From a virus, in the IMG/VR virus record IMGVR_UViG_3300010401_000002, positions 1 to 64,000 of that record: DNA of 64,000 bases, one strand, 5' to 3'. Below, one piece after another: positions 19,411-29,658 of the stretch. The notes beneath the pieces are model-generated. The model did not search any database. It saw only the letters and a list, made by a program, of their open reading frames with translations, and had not been told where the DNA came from. A program made the translations under genes and the position numbers. Positions within the stretch are counted from its first letter, which is position 1. Each line of letters begins with the position of its first letter.

Positions 19411-20867
19411 TGGCCGATTATGGACTTGGGATTGGATTAAGTGGCAAACTCACCAACGTTGAGCGTCAAGATGAGGCGCAGCGCAACCGTGACTATAAGG
19501 CACTCGCAGCGCAGGGAGCAGCAGCAGCAAAGCAAAAAGAGGCCGCACAAAAAAATTATGACGATTGGAGTAAGCTGATTGCCAATAACAATCCGAATAT
19601 ACTGCCTGTTTATACAAAGCCAACAAGCGATATTTCTATTAAGTTAATATCAGATATGACAAGTGGTGTGCAGAAAAATCCTATGTACACACAATCACCT
19701 GAATTTTTAGCGAAGATTGCAGATTGGAGGGCTAAGACGAATTTATATGAGCAGGTGTCGGAGGGAGCGAAGAAAGCAATAGATTACGCAAGTCAACATC
19801 CTGACGATGCTGAATTAGACCCAAAGATAGCAGCAGCAATAAATGATGTTAATTATGACGGGCTTGTTAGCGCAATAGGGGATAGGGTAAAACAACTTGA
19901 CCCTAACGCGGTTGGGGTTAATACAGATATGCTAAGTCCCGATATACTGTTAGTTCACAAAGCTAATCCAATAAAACTAAAAGCTGCTATCGAAAATGCA
20001 GGCGACCCTACTGCGGTATATGCAGAGAAATCATTGGGTTCAGGTACAGATGCAACAGGGACGTTTCAACGCTATCAGCCTATATACCAAAGAGATGCGC
20101 GTAAGATGGCTGAAACAAGCGAGTACCTAAGAGAGTTGAATAACAGCGACAAGCGAAACAAACAATATGACAAAGCAGGGTGGGAAGTATTGCACGGTGC
20201 TGAATCTGCTAAATTATTGACACCCACTACAAGGTATGCGCCACAGGGTAAAGGCGGGTTAAATATACGCAACGGTGTCGCCACGAACGACAAAGGTAAT
20301 GTTATATTTACAGTAACCGACCCAAATGAAAGTGGCGAACGCAAGTTTATAGGAACATTTAAAAATGTACCGTATGAGGATAATAAACTTAAATTCACGC
20401 AACAAGAGAAAGGTAGCGATGGTAAATACCATGATGCAACTTACTACGTGCATAAACCTGTTCCTATAACCGATGGGAAGGGGAATATAAGATTTGAAGG
20501 AGATTATTTTGACGATACCGATAAAGACCCTGTTGATTCAAAACAGCACTCGTTCGTGAATAACGGTTGGGTAAAAGTGAATAGTGAAGCAGGAAAGAAG
20601 TTATTATCTCAATACGTTGCGCTGACAAACAACACAGTTGAAATAGACCCATCGGATAAGGCAAATCCAATAAAGTTTGTTTCAGACCCCAACGGACAAT
20701 TGAATAATGTTACAGGGAATTTAGAAGGGTTGGTAAAAGGCGTTAATAGCAGCATATCGCCTGCAAAGGGGACTTCGATTAATGCACCGAAGAAAGGTAA
20801 GACCACAGTACCAAAGGCAGATAAATCGAAATTAACGAATACTGTAAAAAGCATATTTGGAAAATAA
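19410..20867 (+). CDS. putative ejection protein
   Basis: TAATG-coupled; helical N-half; precedes the giant protein. Confidence 0.5.
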   Translation: MADYGLGIGLSGKLTNVERQDEAQRNRDYKALAAQGAAAAKQKEAAQKNYDDWSKLIANNNPNILPVYTKPTSDISIKLISDMTSGVQKNPMYTQSPEFLAKIADWRAKTNLYEQVSEGAKKAIDYASQHPDDAELDPKIAAAINDVNYDGLVSAIGDRVKQLDPNAVGVNTDMLSPDILLVHKANPIKLKAAIENAGDPTAVYAEKSLGSGTDATGTFQRYQPIYQRDARKMAETSEYLRELNNSDKRNKQYDKAGWEVLHGAESAKLLTPTTRYAPQGKGGLNIRNGVATNDKGNVIFTVTDPNESGERKFIGTFKNVPYEDNKLKFTQQEKGSDGKYHDATYYVHKPVPITDGKGNIRFEGDYFDDTDKDPVDSKQHSFVNNGWVKVNSEAGKKLLSQYVALTNNTVEIDPSDKANPIKFVSDPNGQLNNVTGNLEGLVKGVNSSISPAKGTSINAPKKGKTTVPKADKSKLTNTVKSIFGK

Positions 20868-20870
20868 ATA

Positions 20871-23800
20871 ATGGCAGAAGTATTAGATGCACCTGTACAA
20901 GAAGCACCTCAAACCGATAAGTTGGGGCAACTATATTCTGCATTAAAATCAGACCCTACATATACCAATGTTTTGCCGGACGAAAAAGCGTTTCGTGAAA
21001 CAATGAACAATCCCGAAAAAGCATCTGCATTGCACGATGTTTTGTTGCAGGATGAGACTTATAAAAGCGTAGTGCCAAAAGATTTCGCTGATTTTGCAGG
21101 AACGTTGGAGTTGGGGAAGAAGGAGCAGCCCGCTACACCGCAAGAGCCGCAACAACAACCTCTAATTCAAAAAATAAACTCCCCCAAAATAGGTGTAGAA
21201 AAAAATCCATTTCTAAAGCCGTCCGATAATAACGGTATGGCAGCAGACATGAAGCAAATGACGGCTACAGGAAATCCAATGCCTGAAATCAAAAATGCTT
21301 TACAAGGAGCAATTATAAATCATAGTGCAGCAGGATTAAAAGATTTGGGAGTGGAATTACCCGACTTGAATCCGAAAGATATAAACCCCGAAAAGCAAGG
21401 ATTTGAGAAATCATATTCAGACAAATTAGTAAAATCATTCACCGATTCGCAGCAGTTAAAAGATGAAATATTAGACAGCCCGAATTATCAGCAAAAGATT
21501 GCTAATGAGGTGTCAAAGAAATATTCAGTACCGCAACAAGATGTACTGAATTATATTTCTAAAGTAAACGATACCAAAAAAGACATTCGCTCAAACTTAG
21601 CCGACATAGCACTTAATCCACAAAACGATAAGGCTTATGGTGAATTGGGGAATAACTATTACGGTATAGGTGAATATGACAACGCTGAAAAGGCTTACAT
21701 GGCTGCATTGAGCGTTGACCCTAATAGCGAAGGTGCAAAAAATGGATTAGGCAGCGTTGCATTACAGAAAAAAGATTATCCAACAGCTGTGCAAATGTTT
21801 AGAGAATTGGCATCGGTCAATCCAAATACAGATAACATTTCGAAACTTGCAACAGCCGTATATGGCACAGGGGACTTTGCTAAAGCGCATGAATTAGCCG
21901 ATGCTGCGGTTAATGCAGGCGGTGATATGCCAGATGCTTATGCACTAAAGATAAGGGCTGTAACAAATGCAGTATTAGGCGATAACAAGCAGTCAATAGC
22001 GGACACAAAAGCAAGTGCTGAAATTGAAGGAATGAATGAGCAGCAAGGCGGTGGATATAAAGATGAAAATGGCGTTCCAATTAATGAACATCAATTTACT
22101 CCAGATGAAATAAAGCAAAACAACTACGCAAGAGCATTAGAACAATTTGTTGATGTAGCACACGCTGTAATTGAAGGCGGATTTAATTTAATTCCTGAAA
22201 CTATTGCCGCTAAAGCAATCATTCAAATCGGAACTGAATTATCGCACTACAACGACATTAAGGGTGACATGGCCGCGAAAGGATTTAATGAACGGCTTTC
22301 CGAAGATGTTGCGCGTGATGTTCGCATTGGTTTTGCAGCAGCAACGGTATTTAGCCCCGGTATCTTAAAATTCGCCCAACAAATGCAGGTGGCGGATATG
22401 GTATTGCCAAGTCAAGTGTTAGCAGGAGTAATGCAGCCTATTTCATCTTTAACCAACGAAGGCGCAAGTAACGCTGCAAAGAATTGGGCACAGGTTGGAG
22501 ATGTAATTGCATCGCTATTAATATTTCATGGTGCAAATGAATTAGGTAGTAAGGGTTATAATCGCGCTATTGAATTGGGTGAAAAGATTAAGGGCAACAT
22601 CGCTTTGACTAAGCAAGATGTTGCTGATATTGCAGATGGATTTAACGGAATTACACCCGCTACGGTATTTGCTATTGACAAGAATATTGCGGAGAATGGG
22701 GGGATTAATATAGATAAGAAGGCGGTGGATAAGTCTTTGATAAGCAATGACCAATTAGAACCAGAAAGCAAACAGGCCACAATACCGCCTGCCGACCAAA
22801 AAGAGCTATCTGATTTTGCAAAAGAAAAAGCGAGAATTAATGCGGAATACGAAAAAGATTGGGATGGCTTATCTGACGAAGAAGTTAAAAAGCATCAAGA
22901 CGACAATGAGGCAGTAATTGAAAAACGAAATGAGATTTTCGACAAATATGCTACGGACGCTGAAAAAAAACAACTTGCCAAATTAGGCAAGCAAACTATA
23001 ATTGAAAAATTAAAGAAACGAAAAGCAGATGCCTATTTCAGAAAAGATAACTATATAGAAGATGTTGTTGATAGAATCGTAAAAGAAAATGTTGGCGAAG
23101 ATATTGGTGCAGAGGAATCAAAGCCAGAAAACACTATTGAAAATAAGGTTGATGATGCAGTTGAAGCACGCATAGAAAGAAGATTAAAAAATAGAAATCT
23201 TACCGAGGCTAAAGGAAGCACGTTTTATGAGGACACAAATCTTAAAAACGCAAAAGTTGGAGATGAAATTCACTTTAGCCAACGCGAGAACGGGGAATGG
23301 AAAGATTATAAAACAAAGGTAAAGAGTATAGTTGATGGCAAGATTATATTTGAAAACGGCAAAACAGAAGATGATGTTTCGTCTTACATGAATATAACAG
23401 CAGAGGACGCATGGTTTGCTAAAAATCATCCGGAATTAACGCTTGATAAATCCTCGCAGTCCGAAAGCAAAGTTGAACCCGCCACCCAAGAACCCATACC
23501 CGAAACAGCATCAGCCGAACCCGAAAAGAAAAGTCTTGCAGGGGTTAAGCAAGAGGGTGAGGGTAAGGCAATGAATAGTGATTTAGAGAACAGGGTTTTT
23601 GAACACGATGGGGATATTAAATCTGAAATAAAAGCCATTGATAAAGCGCAGCATGAAAGGGGAAACGTATATTATTTAGATTCCACTACACTAAAAAATG
23701 CGCCTAAAGAAACACTTGATGAAATAAAGGCTGCTTATAAACCAGTAATTGATAAAATTAAATCAGAACACGGGTCAGATGAAATAAGTTTATATCGCTC

Positions 23801-26800
23801 ACAAGAAACATTTCCATCTGGCCTAATTCATAATGGAGAGTTTTTATCATTTACAACAAGGCCATCATTCGCTAAATATTGGAATAAAGAAAAAATGTAT
23901 AGAGATTTTCCTCTATGGTCATTTATTGCGGAAGTTAAAGTTCCCTTTGATGATATTGTGCTTCCCAAAACAAATTTAGGGCAATACGAGTTTGTCGTTG
24001 AGAACAAAGGCAAGACGAAAGAATATTTTGAAAAGCAGATTGAAATAAAAAAACAAGAGTTAGCGGCTGTTGGGTTAAATCAGAAATCAGATTCAGGGCA
24101 TTTAGAGTTAGCGATTAAAGAAGGGCGTTTTCAGAAGGCTATTTCAGAAGGTAAAATGAAACAAAGTGACGCTATCGAATTGATAGAAGGCGCAGGTTTA
24201 GAAGTTCCCGAAGATATTAAACCTGCCGCTAACAAAGAATCAGCGCAGGTGGCCGAAGAAACACCGCTAAAGAGTGACGTTACTGAACCCGTAAGTTCAA
24301 GTAGCACTTCGGAGAAACCCACCCCAGATGAATCCCGCCAATTTGCAATAGACTTTGTAAATCACGATTTGGTTGAAGTGCAAAAAGCACCAACTAAAAC
24401 TAAAGGCGAAAATAACCGTCCAAGCGGCACAAATACAGCAGCGCGATTAGATTTAGGCATGAGTAACGAAGAAAAGATTAGTGCTATAAAACAAATCAAA
24501 TCGGGTAAATACGATGGAGTTGCGGCAAAAAAGTTGCTGGATAAACTTATTGATATGCACCAGAGGGATGATTTTGCATTTATTCAGGGTACAGGTGGTA
24601 ATACTGAAATGGTGCAGGACAGACCTACAAGACAGAATCTACATGAAGCAATTGAGATTGCGAAACTTACGGATAGCGAATATGATAAGCAGGCAGAATT
24701 AGATAATAAAATTGCAGACCACATTGCCGAACATGGGATTACAACAGTTGAAGATGTTACGGCATTAGAAGGTTTTCCATTAAGCCATGAAGATGCTGAA
24801 TTAATTAAAGAATATTTAAAATCAAAAACAGATGGAACAGACAAAGAAAGCACCAACACAGAATCAGTTGAAAGTAGCAGCAAAAGCAAAGATACTTCTG
24901 CAAAAAGCAAAGAAGTGGAAGATGACCCAAACAGGCGAAAAGCCGAAGCAGATTATGAATCAGAATTAGCCGACAAGCAAAAAGCGGTTGATGATGCCAA
25001 ATCGGATTACGATAAGGCACTAAAGAAAATAAATAAGAGTGGTAACGTGTTGTTTGAAAATGTTATGGGGGTTGAGGCTGATGTACAGCACAATCCAGAA
25101 GCAGCAATAAAACCGTTTAAAGAAAAACTTGACAAAGCGAAAGGTCTATTATCTGAATTTGAAAATAATAAAGATAAGTATATAGATGAACGTTATAAGA
25201 ATCAACAGGATTTATTTAATCAAAAACAATTAAAAGAAACGGAGGCCACAAATGCCATTCAAGAGCAAAGCACAACAAAGGTATCTGGAAGCGAACCACC
25301 CAAAGGGAGTGAATCTAAAGGAGTGGGAGAAAGCAACAAACTTCAAGAAGTTGCCGGAGAAGGTGAAGCCGGGAAAGAAAAAGTAACCCCACCAAAGCCC
25401 AAACTCAAATTCAAGCGCAACACCGAAAAGATTAGCAACCTCGATGATGAAATAAAATCGCTTATCACAAAGTCAAGAGGCGAAACTAACACCTTAGTAA
25501 ACTTTGGTGATGCAGTAAAAGTGGTTGCAAAGCTAATTGAGCGCGGCATCTATAAGGCAGAAGATATTGCAAAGTATCTAATTGAACGCGGTTACAATGA
25601 CGTTGTGCCCCATATAAAAGATGCACTAAAGCACATTAAAGAAAACTTTGAGTTAGACCCCGAAGTTAAAACAGCATTGAATAATGATGCTTTACAACAA
25701 GGTCAGACAGGAGTACGTCACGCAGATGTTGATGTAGATGCTGAATTAATGGGAATGAACCCTGTTGAGAAAATGCAGGCTATACCACGTATTGAATCAG
25801 AACAGTCGGCAAGAAAGATTTATGAAAGTCAAAACATGGCCGCAAAGGTTATTGATTTGAACGAAAAGCCGCGACCAATTAATAATGACGAACAAGGCGC
25901 ATTGCAATTATACATTGCAGAACTAAAGAGAAAATCTGCGGCAATATTTGACCAATGGCAGCAGGCAAAACTTGCGGATAATACCGAACTTGCAGATGAA
26001 CTGAAAATACAGTTAGATGATATTCGTGACGGACAACTTACCCCTGCATGGCAGGCATTAAAAAACACCCGTAGCCAAGCCGCAAGAACATTAGGTAATT
26101 GGGAACGTGCAGTAGGCGGTGAAATGCAGTTTGAAGATTTGCGCATGGATTATATGCGGGCTAAGAACGTTACAGAAGTGCCGCCAGAAATTGAGGCGCA
26201 ACTCAAAAAGGCAGCAGATGAATATGCTGAACTTGAAAAGAAATATAATGATGCTTTAGCCGAAGACCAAGCAAAGGCAGCGAAGATTGCAGCACAGGAA
26301 AAGTTACTTGCCGAAAAGCGTGAACAGGAACGCGAATATGTAAAGCAAAAAATAAAGTCACGTCACGTTGAGAAAGCGCAACAGGTAAAAGAAATTGACG
26401 AGCGCATTGATAAACTCAAAGAACGTGCAAGGGTTGTACTGAAAAAATCATTAGGCCAGATGCACGATTTAGGCGGTGCATTAAAAACTTCATTGGAGTT
26501 TGCAGATGTTGTAAAAGATATTGTGAACGAGCATATCAAAAAAGGATTGATTGAGGGTAAGGTTAAGTTTGAAGATATAATTGACAAAGCGCACCAAGAC
26601 CTGCATGAAATATTTGAGGATATAACCACCCGCGATATTCACGAAATTTATTCTGATTATGGTGTAGTAAAGAAACCGCGTGTAGATGATTTGGCAAAAG
26701 CAAAGCGTGAAATCAAGGCAGAGGCTTTTTACGCATCAGCAACAGCAGAAGCCAAAGAAGGAACGCCACCATTTAAAAGAGTAAACCCCGGCAAAGAATC

Positions 26801-29294
26801 ACCCAACGTTCGTGCGGCAAGGCAGGAAATGGAAGAAGCGATGAAGAATAGCGGCATCGAATGGGACAAACGACCACTTGCCGACAGGAGAAAATCTGCA
26901 TTGGATAAGACTAAGCAAACGTTACAAAATCAGATTAACGATTTAACTAAGGCGGTTGAAGACGATAAGATTATTCGCAGAGAAAGAAATAATGTTACGC
27001 TTGATGAAGCCGCAGACAATTTGGTTAAACTACGTGACGAAGCAAAAGAAATCTACAAGGAACATTTTGGCGATGAACTGAAAGCGATTGATGATGCACG
27101 TAAAATTAAAACCGTACAGCAGGCATTAGATAAACTTAATAAGCGTATTGAGAAAGGTGACTTTACAGATAAGGTTACAGAAAAGACAACCAACGCAGAT
27201 TTGATTGCTATACGTGAACAGTTAAAAGATGCACATAAAAAGTTTGCTGAACTACGTGAGATTGCCGACCCCGAATACAACAATCGTAAATACAATGAAC
27301 GATTAGAAAACGCCTATAACAAACTTGCAAAGAAATATGCAGAGCGTGACGAGAATCAGCAATATGCCAATAAAGCAAAAACCACGCAGGTTATAAGCGA
27401 TAAAACATTTGCAGCATGGAAAGCAAAAGAGGCGGCAAAACGAGCATTTGAGCGAAATAAATTAAGGTGGGAACGCGATAACCAAACGCGGCCAATGAAG
27501 ATTGCTACAAGGGTATTGAGGTATATTCGGCAAGGCGCAATTTCCCGCCCAAGTGCAATATTAAAGTTAGGTGCATTTGCCTTACAAGAAGTTGCTTTTA
27601 AACCGTTAATTGACAGAGGTATTGCAAGAGGCATAACCAAAACAATATTTCCAAAATTAGCGAAATCGGTTTGGGAAGGTCAGCATATACCTATTTCAGA
27701 AGAAGTAAAAACCATGAAAGCAACATGGGATAAATTTGGTGAAGAAGCAGTAAAGATTTGGAAAACAGGTGAAGGCAGCATTGATGTTGCAGGCAAGAAA
27801 GTTCACTTAGAACCATCGCTTATTGAAACGTTTGGTATAATACACACGATAGAAAAGTCTTTGATTAAAAATACCACATTTGGATTATCATTTCAAACAA
27901 GACTTGAAATGGCAAGACGCAATGGCGAACCTGTTGATAATGAAGCCTATCAGTTTGCTATATGGAAGGATGCCTTAAAAGATGCAAACCGTTCAATATT
28001 ATTAGGTGATAATTATGCAATGAATATGTATAAGCGGGCTTTTCAGATTACAGGAAAAGAAAACCCTACTGAATACGCTGCAAAATTCTTAGCCAATTTC
28101 TTAATGCCTGTTGTAAAGGTTGGAACTAATTTTACACTACAATCTTATGAAAGAAGTTTTGGAACATATACAGGTACAGCGAAATACATTATTCATAAAG
28201 CCCTTGCAGAAACAGGACAAACGGCATTAGAGAAAATGACACCCGCACAGCGCGAAAGAACCTATCGTATGATTAATAACGGTATGATGGGCACTGCATT
28301 GGGCTTAATCGGTTGGTACGGCTATAAAAACATTGGCGGTTATTATATACCTAACCAAAAGAAAAAGGATAGTGATGTAAAAGAAGGTGATATTAAATTA
28401 ACCGATAGCATGACTATCCCACACCTGCTACTTCATAATCCACGTCTTGCACCTTTACTTATCGGGGCAACAGCGCATAAGATTTTGGATTATCAATTAA
28501 AGAAGGGTAAAATAAAAGATGCTGATTATAAAGATGTTCTTAGCGGTTTGTATGCTGCAAGTTTAGGTATATACGAAGAAAACCCTTTTGCGGTAAGCGG
28601 GGAACATCTATCAAAACTTACTGATATGAGCAATATCGGAACCAATGCCACTGATTTATTAGTTAAGCCTTTTATACCGGGAGTGATTCAGGAACTTGCC
28701 GTACAGCATGACAATTATATTAACGGCAAAGGTACATGGGCAAATCTGAAAACAGGTAATTTAATGGAACGTAAAGCACATTCGCCTACAGAAGATTTAG
28801 AACTTGCAATACCTTATTTAAGAGAAAATGTAACGGCAGGGAGTTCTTATCCTATTAGTGATACCGCAAAGAAAATGTTTGAAGATAATGATGTGCCATT
28901 ACCTACCCGTTTCAAACCCACCAAAGACCCCGAAACAAACGAGCCGTCCGCAACAATTCAAGGTGTGCATATACCTATTAATGAGGAGCAGGCTAAAGCG
29001 GTGGATAAGGAGATGGAGCAGATTATAACGAAAGAGGTTGAGGCAAGGACGAAAGGCGCAGGTAAATTTCCCGAAATAAATTCATCACATAAAGAGCATG
29101 AAGTAAAGAAGGCTATGCTGAAAGGATTGTCTGCAAAAACTTTAAAAGATGAAATCGCTGACATAAAGGAACGAGCGAAAGAAGTTGCGCTGGTAAGATT
29201 AGGTTATGCTACCAAAGAAGCAATCAAAGCTGGCATCAAAGAAAATAAGGCAGAAGCGAAAAATAAAGCTGATGAATTAAAGCATAATAAATGA
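20871..29294 (+). CDS. giant ejection/polyvalent protein with TPR repeats and an ADP-ribosyltransferase-like domain
   Basis: 2807 aa; TPRs ~21620-22030; LYR...FLSFTT...QYEFVV ~23790-24000; long coiled coils; hydrophobic C-terminal region. Confidence 0.75.
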   Translation: MAEVLDAPVQEAPQTDKLGQLYSALKSDPTYTNVLPDEKAFRETMNNPEKASALHDVLLQDETYKSVVPKDFADFAGTLELGKKEQPATPQEPQQQPLIQKINSPKIGVEKNPFLKPSDNNGMAADMKQMTATGNPMPEIKNALQGAIINHSAAGLKDLGVELPDLNPKDINPEKQGFEKSYSDKLVKSFTDSQQLKDEILDSPNYQQKIANEVSKKYSVPQQDVLNYISKVNDTKKDIRSNLADIALNPQNDKAYGELGNNYYGIGEYDNAEKAYMAALSVDPNSEGAKNGLGSVALQKKDYPTAVQMFRELASVNPNTDNISKLATAVYGTGDFAKAHELADAAVNAGGDMPDAYALKIRAVTNAVLGDNKQSIADTKASAEIEGMNEQQGGGYKDENGVPINEHQFTPDEIKQNNYARALEQFVDVAHAVIEGGFNLIPETIAAKAIIQIGTELSHYNDIKGDMAAKGFNERLSEDVARDVRIGFAAATVFSPGILKFAQQMQVADMVLPSQVLAGVMQPISSLTNEGASNAAKNWAQVGDVIASLLIFHGANELGSKGYNRAIELGEKIKGNIALTKQDVADIADGFNGITPATVFAIDKNIAENGGINIDKKAVDKSLISNDQLEPESKQATIPPADQKELSDFAKEKARINAEYEKDWDGLSDEEVKKHQDDNEAVIEKRNEIFDKYATDAEKKQLAKLGKQTIIEKLKKRKADAYFRKDNYIEDVVDRIVKENVGEDIGAEESKPENTIENKVDDAVEARIERRLKNRNLTEAKGSTFYEDTNLKNAKVGDEIHFSQRENGEWKDYKTKVKSIVDGKIIFENGKTEDDVSSYMNITAEDAWFAKNHPELTLDKSSQSESKVEPATQEPIPETASAEPEKKSLAGVKQEGEGKAMNSDLENRVFEHDGDIKSEIKAIDKAQHERGNVYYLDSTTLKNAPKETLDEIKAAYKPVIDKIKSEHGSDEISLYRSQETFPSGLIHNGEFLSFTTRPSFAKYWNKEKMYRDFPLWSFIAEVKVPFDDIVLPKTNLGQYEFVVENKGKTKEYFEKQIEIKKQELAAVGLNQKSDSGHLELAIKEGRFQKAISEGKMKQSDAIELIEGAGLEVPEDIKPAANKESAQVAEETPLKSDVTEPVSSSSTSEKPTPDESRQFAIDFVNHDLVEVQKAPTKTKGENNRPSGTNTAARLDLGMSNEEKISAIKQIKSGKYDGVAAKKLLDKLIDMHQRDDFAFIQGTGGNTEMVQDRPTRQNLHEAIEIAKLTDSEYDKQAELDNKIADHIAEHGITTVEDVTALEGFPLSHEDAELIKEYLKSKTDGTDKESTNTESVESSSKSKDTSAKSKEVEDDPNRRKAEADYESELADKQKAVDDAKSDYDKALKKINKSGNVLFENVMGVEADVQHNPEAAIKPFKEKLDKAKGLLSEFENNKDKYIDERYKNQQDLFNQKQLKETEATNAIQEQSTTKVSGSEPPKGSESKGVGESNKLQEVAGEGEAGKEKVTPPKPKLKFKRNTEKISNLDDEIKSLITKSRGETNTLVNFGDAVKVVAKLIERGIYKAEDIAKYLIERGYNDVVPHIKDALKHIKENFELDPEVKTALNNDALQQGQTGVRHADVDVDAELMGMNPVEKMQAIPRIESEQSARKIYESQNMAAKVIDLNEKPRPINNDEQGALQLYIAELKRKSAAIFDQWQQAKLADNTELADELKIQLDDIRDGQLTPAWQALKNTRSQAARTLGNWERAVGGEMQFEDLRMDYMRAKNVTEVPPEIEAQLKKAADEYAELEKKYNDALAEDQAKAAKIAAQEKLLAEKREQEREYVKQKIKSRHVEKAQQVKEIDERIDKLKERARVVLKKSLGQMHDLGGALKTSLEFADVVKDIVNEHIKKGLIEGKVKFEDIIDKAHQDLHEIFEDITTRDIHEIYSDYGVVKKPRVDDLAKAKREIKAEAFYASATAEAKEGTPPFKRVNPGKESPNVRAARQEMEEAMKNSGIEWDKRPLADRRKSALDKTKQTLQNQINDLTKAVEDDKIIRRERNNVTLDEAADNLVKLRDEAKEIYKEHFGDELKAIDDARKIKTVQQALDKLNKRIEKGDFTDKVTEKTTNADLIAIREQLKDAHKKFAELREIADPEYNNRKYNERLENAYNKLAKKYAERDENQQYANKAKTTQVISDKTFAAWKAKEAAKRAFERNKLRWERDNQTRPMKIATRVLRYIRQGAISRPSAILKLGAFALQEVAFKPLIDRGIARGITKTIFPKLAKSVWEGQHIPISEEVKTMKATWDKFGEEAVKIWKTGEGSIDVAGKKVHLEPSLIETFGIIHTIEKSLIKNTTFGLSFQTRLEMARRNGEPVDNEAYQFAIWKDALKDANRSILLGDNYAMNMYKRAFQITGKENPTEYAAKFLANFLMPVVKVGTNFTLQSYERSFGTYTGTAKYIIHKALAETGQTALEKMTPAQRERTYRMINNGMMGTALGLIGWYGYKNIGGYYIPNQKKKDSDVKEGDIKLTDSMTIPHLLLHNPRLAPLLIGATAHKILDYQLKKGKIKDADYKDVLSGLYAASLGIYEENPFAVSGEHLSKLTDMSNIGTNATDLLVKPFIPGVIQELAVQHDNYINGKGTWANLKTGNLMERKAHSPTEDLELAIPYLRENVTAGSSYPISDTAKKMFEDNDVPLPTRFKPTKDPETNEPSATIQGVHIPINEEQAKAVDKEMEQIITKEVEARTKGAGKFPEINSSHKEHEVKKAMLKGLSAKTLKDEIADIKERAKEVALVRLGYATKEAIKAGIKENKAEAKNKADELKHNK
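24832..24969 (+). CDS. candidate nested +1-frame basic peptide (45 aa)
   Basis: MEQTKKAPTQNQLKVAAKAKILLQKAKKWKMTQTGEKPKQIMNQN after an A-rich tract. Confidence 0.35.
   Translation: MEQTKKAPTQNQLKVAAKAKILLQKAKKWKMTQTGEKPKQIMNQN
25252..25386 (+). CDS. nested +1-frame small basic protein (MPFKSKAQ type, 44 aa)
   Basis: MPFKSKAQQRYLEANHPKGVNLKEWEKATNFKKLPEKVKPGKKK; GGAGG at 25241-45. Confidence 0.65.
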   Translation: MPFKSKAQQRYLEANHPKGVNLKEWEKATNFKKLPEKVKPGKKK

Positions 29295-29635
29295 TAACAA
29301 AATCAGAATTAAAAGAACTCAAAGCATTAGGCGAACAGCACGATGTTGTAAAGAAGTTGGTGGATATGTTCGGTAGTCCAACAGTTGACGGATATTTAGC
29401 AGCGAGGGCTTTTTTTGATATGATGAATAAGCAGATTACCGAAAAGGCTGAAAACGGTGGGGAGTATTCAGCAAGCGATAAAGATAACAAGGAATACGAA
29501 CGCCACTTAGCTTACATCAAACAGCGACCGCAACTTGCAAAAGATTTGGAGGCTGATTTAAGCACGATTATAAAATCAGAAGATTTGAAGGCCGAAGCAA
29601 AATCGAAGTCAACAAGTAGTGCAGTGCATTTTTAA
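29291..29635 (+). CDS. possible terminase small subunit
   Basis: 114-aa helical ORF directly before the large subunit; position only. Confidence 0.35.
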   Translation: MITKSELKELKALGEQHDVVKKLVDMFGSPTVDGYLAARAFFDMMNKQITEKAENGGEYSASDKDNKEYERHLAYIKQRPQLAKDLEADLSTIIKSEDLKAEAKSKSTSSAVHF

Positions 29636-29658
29636 CGGGCATCGTCCCAATATCCTAT

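Noticed and set aside
24514-24702. 62-aa +1 ORF inside the giant gene
   Set aside because: The main frame is the protein-like one here; composition looks like an off-frame shadow.
25725-25740. DVDVD as an RNA polymerase catalytic loop
   Set aside because: Lacks the surrounding RNAP context and lies in a helical region.
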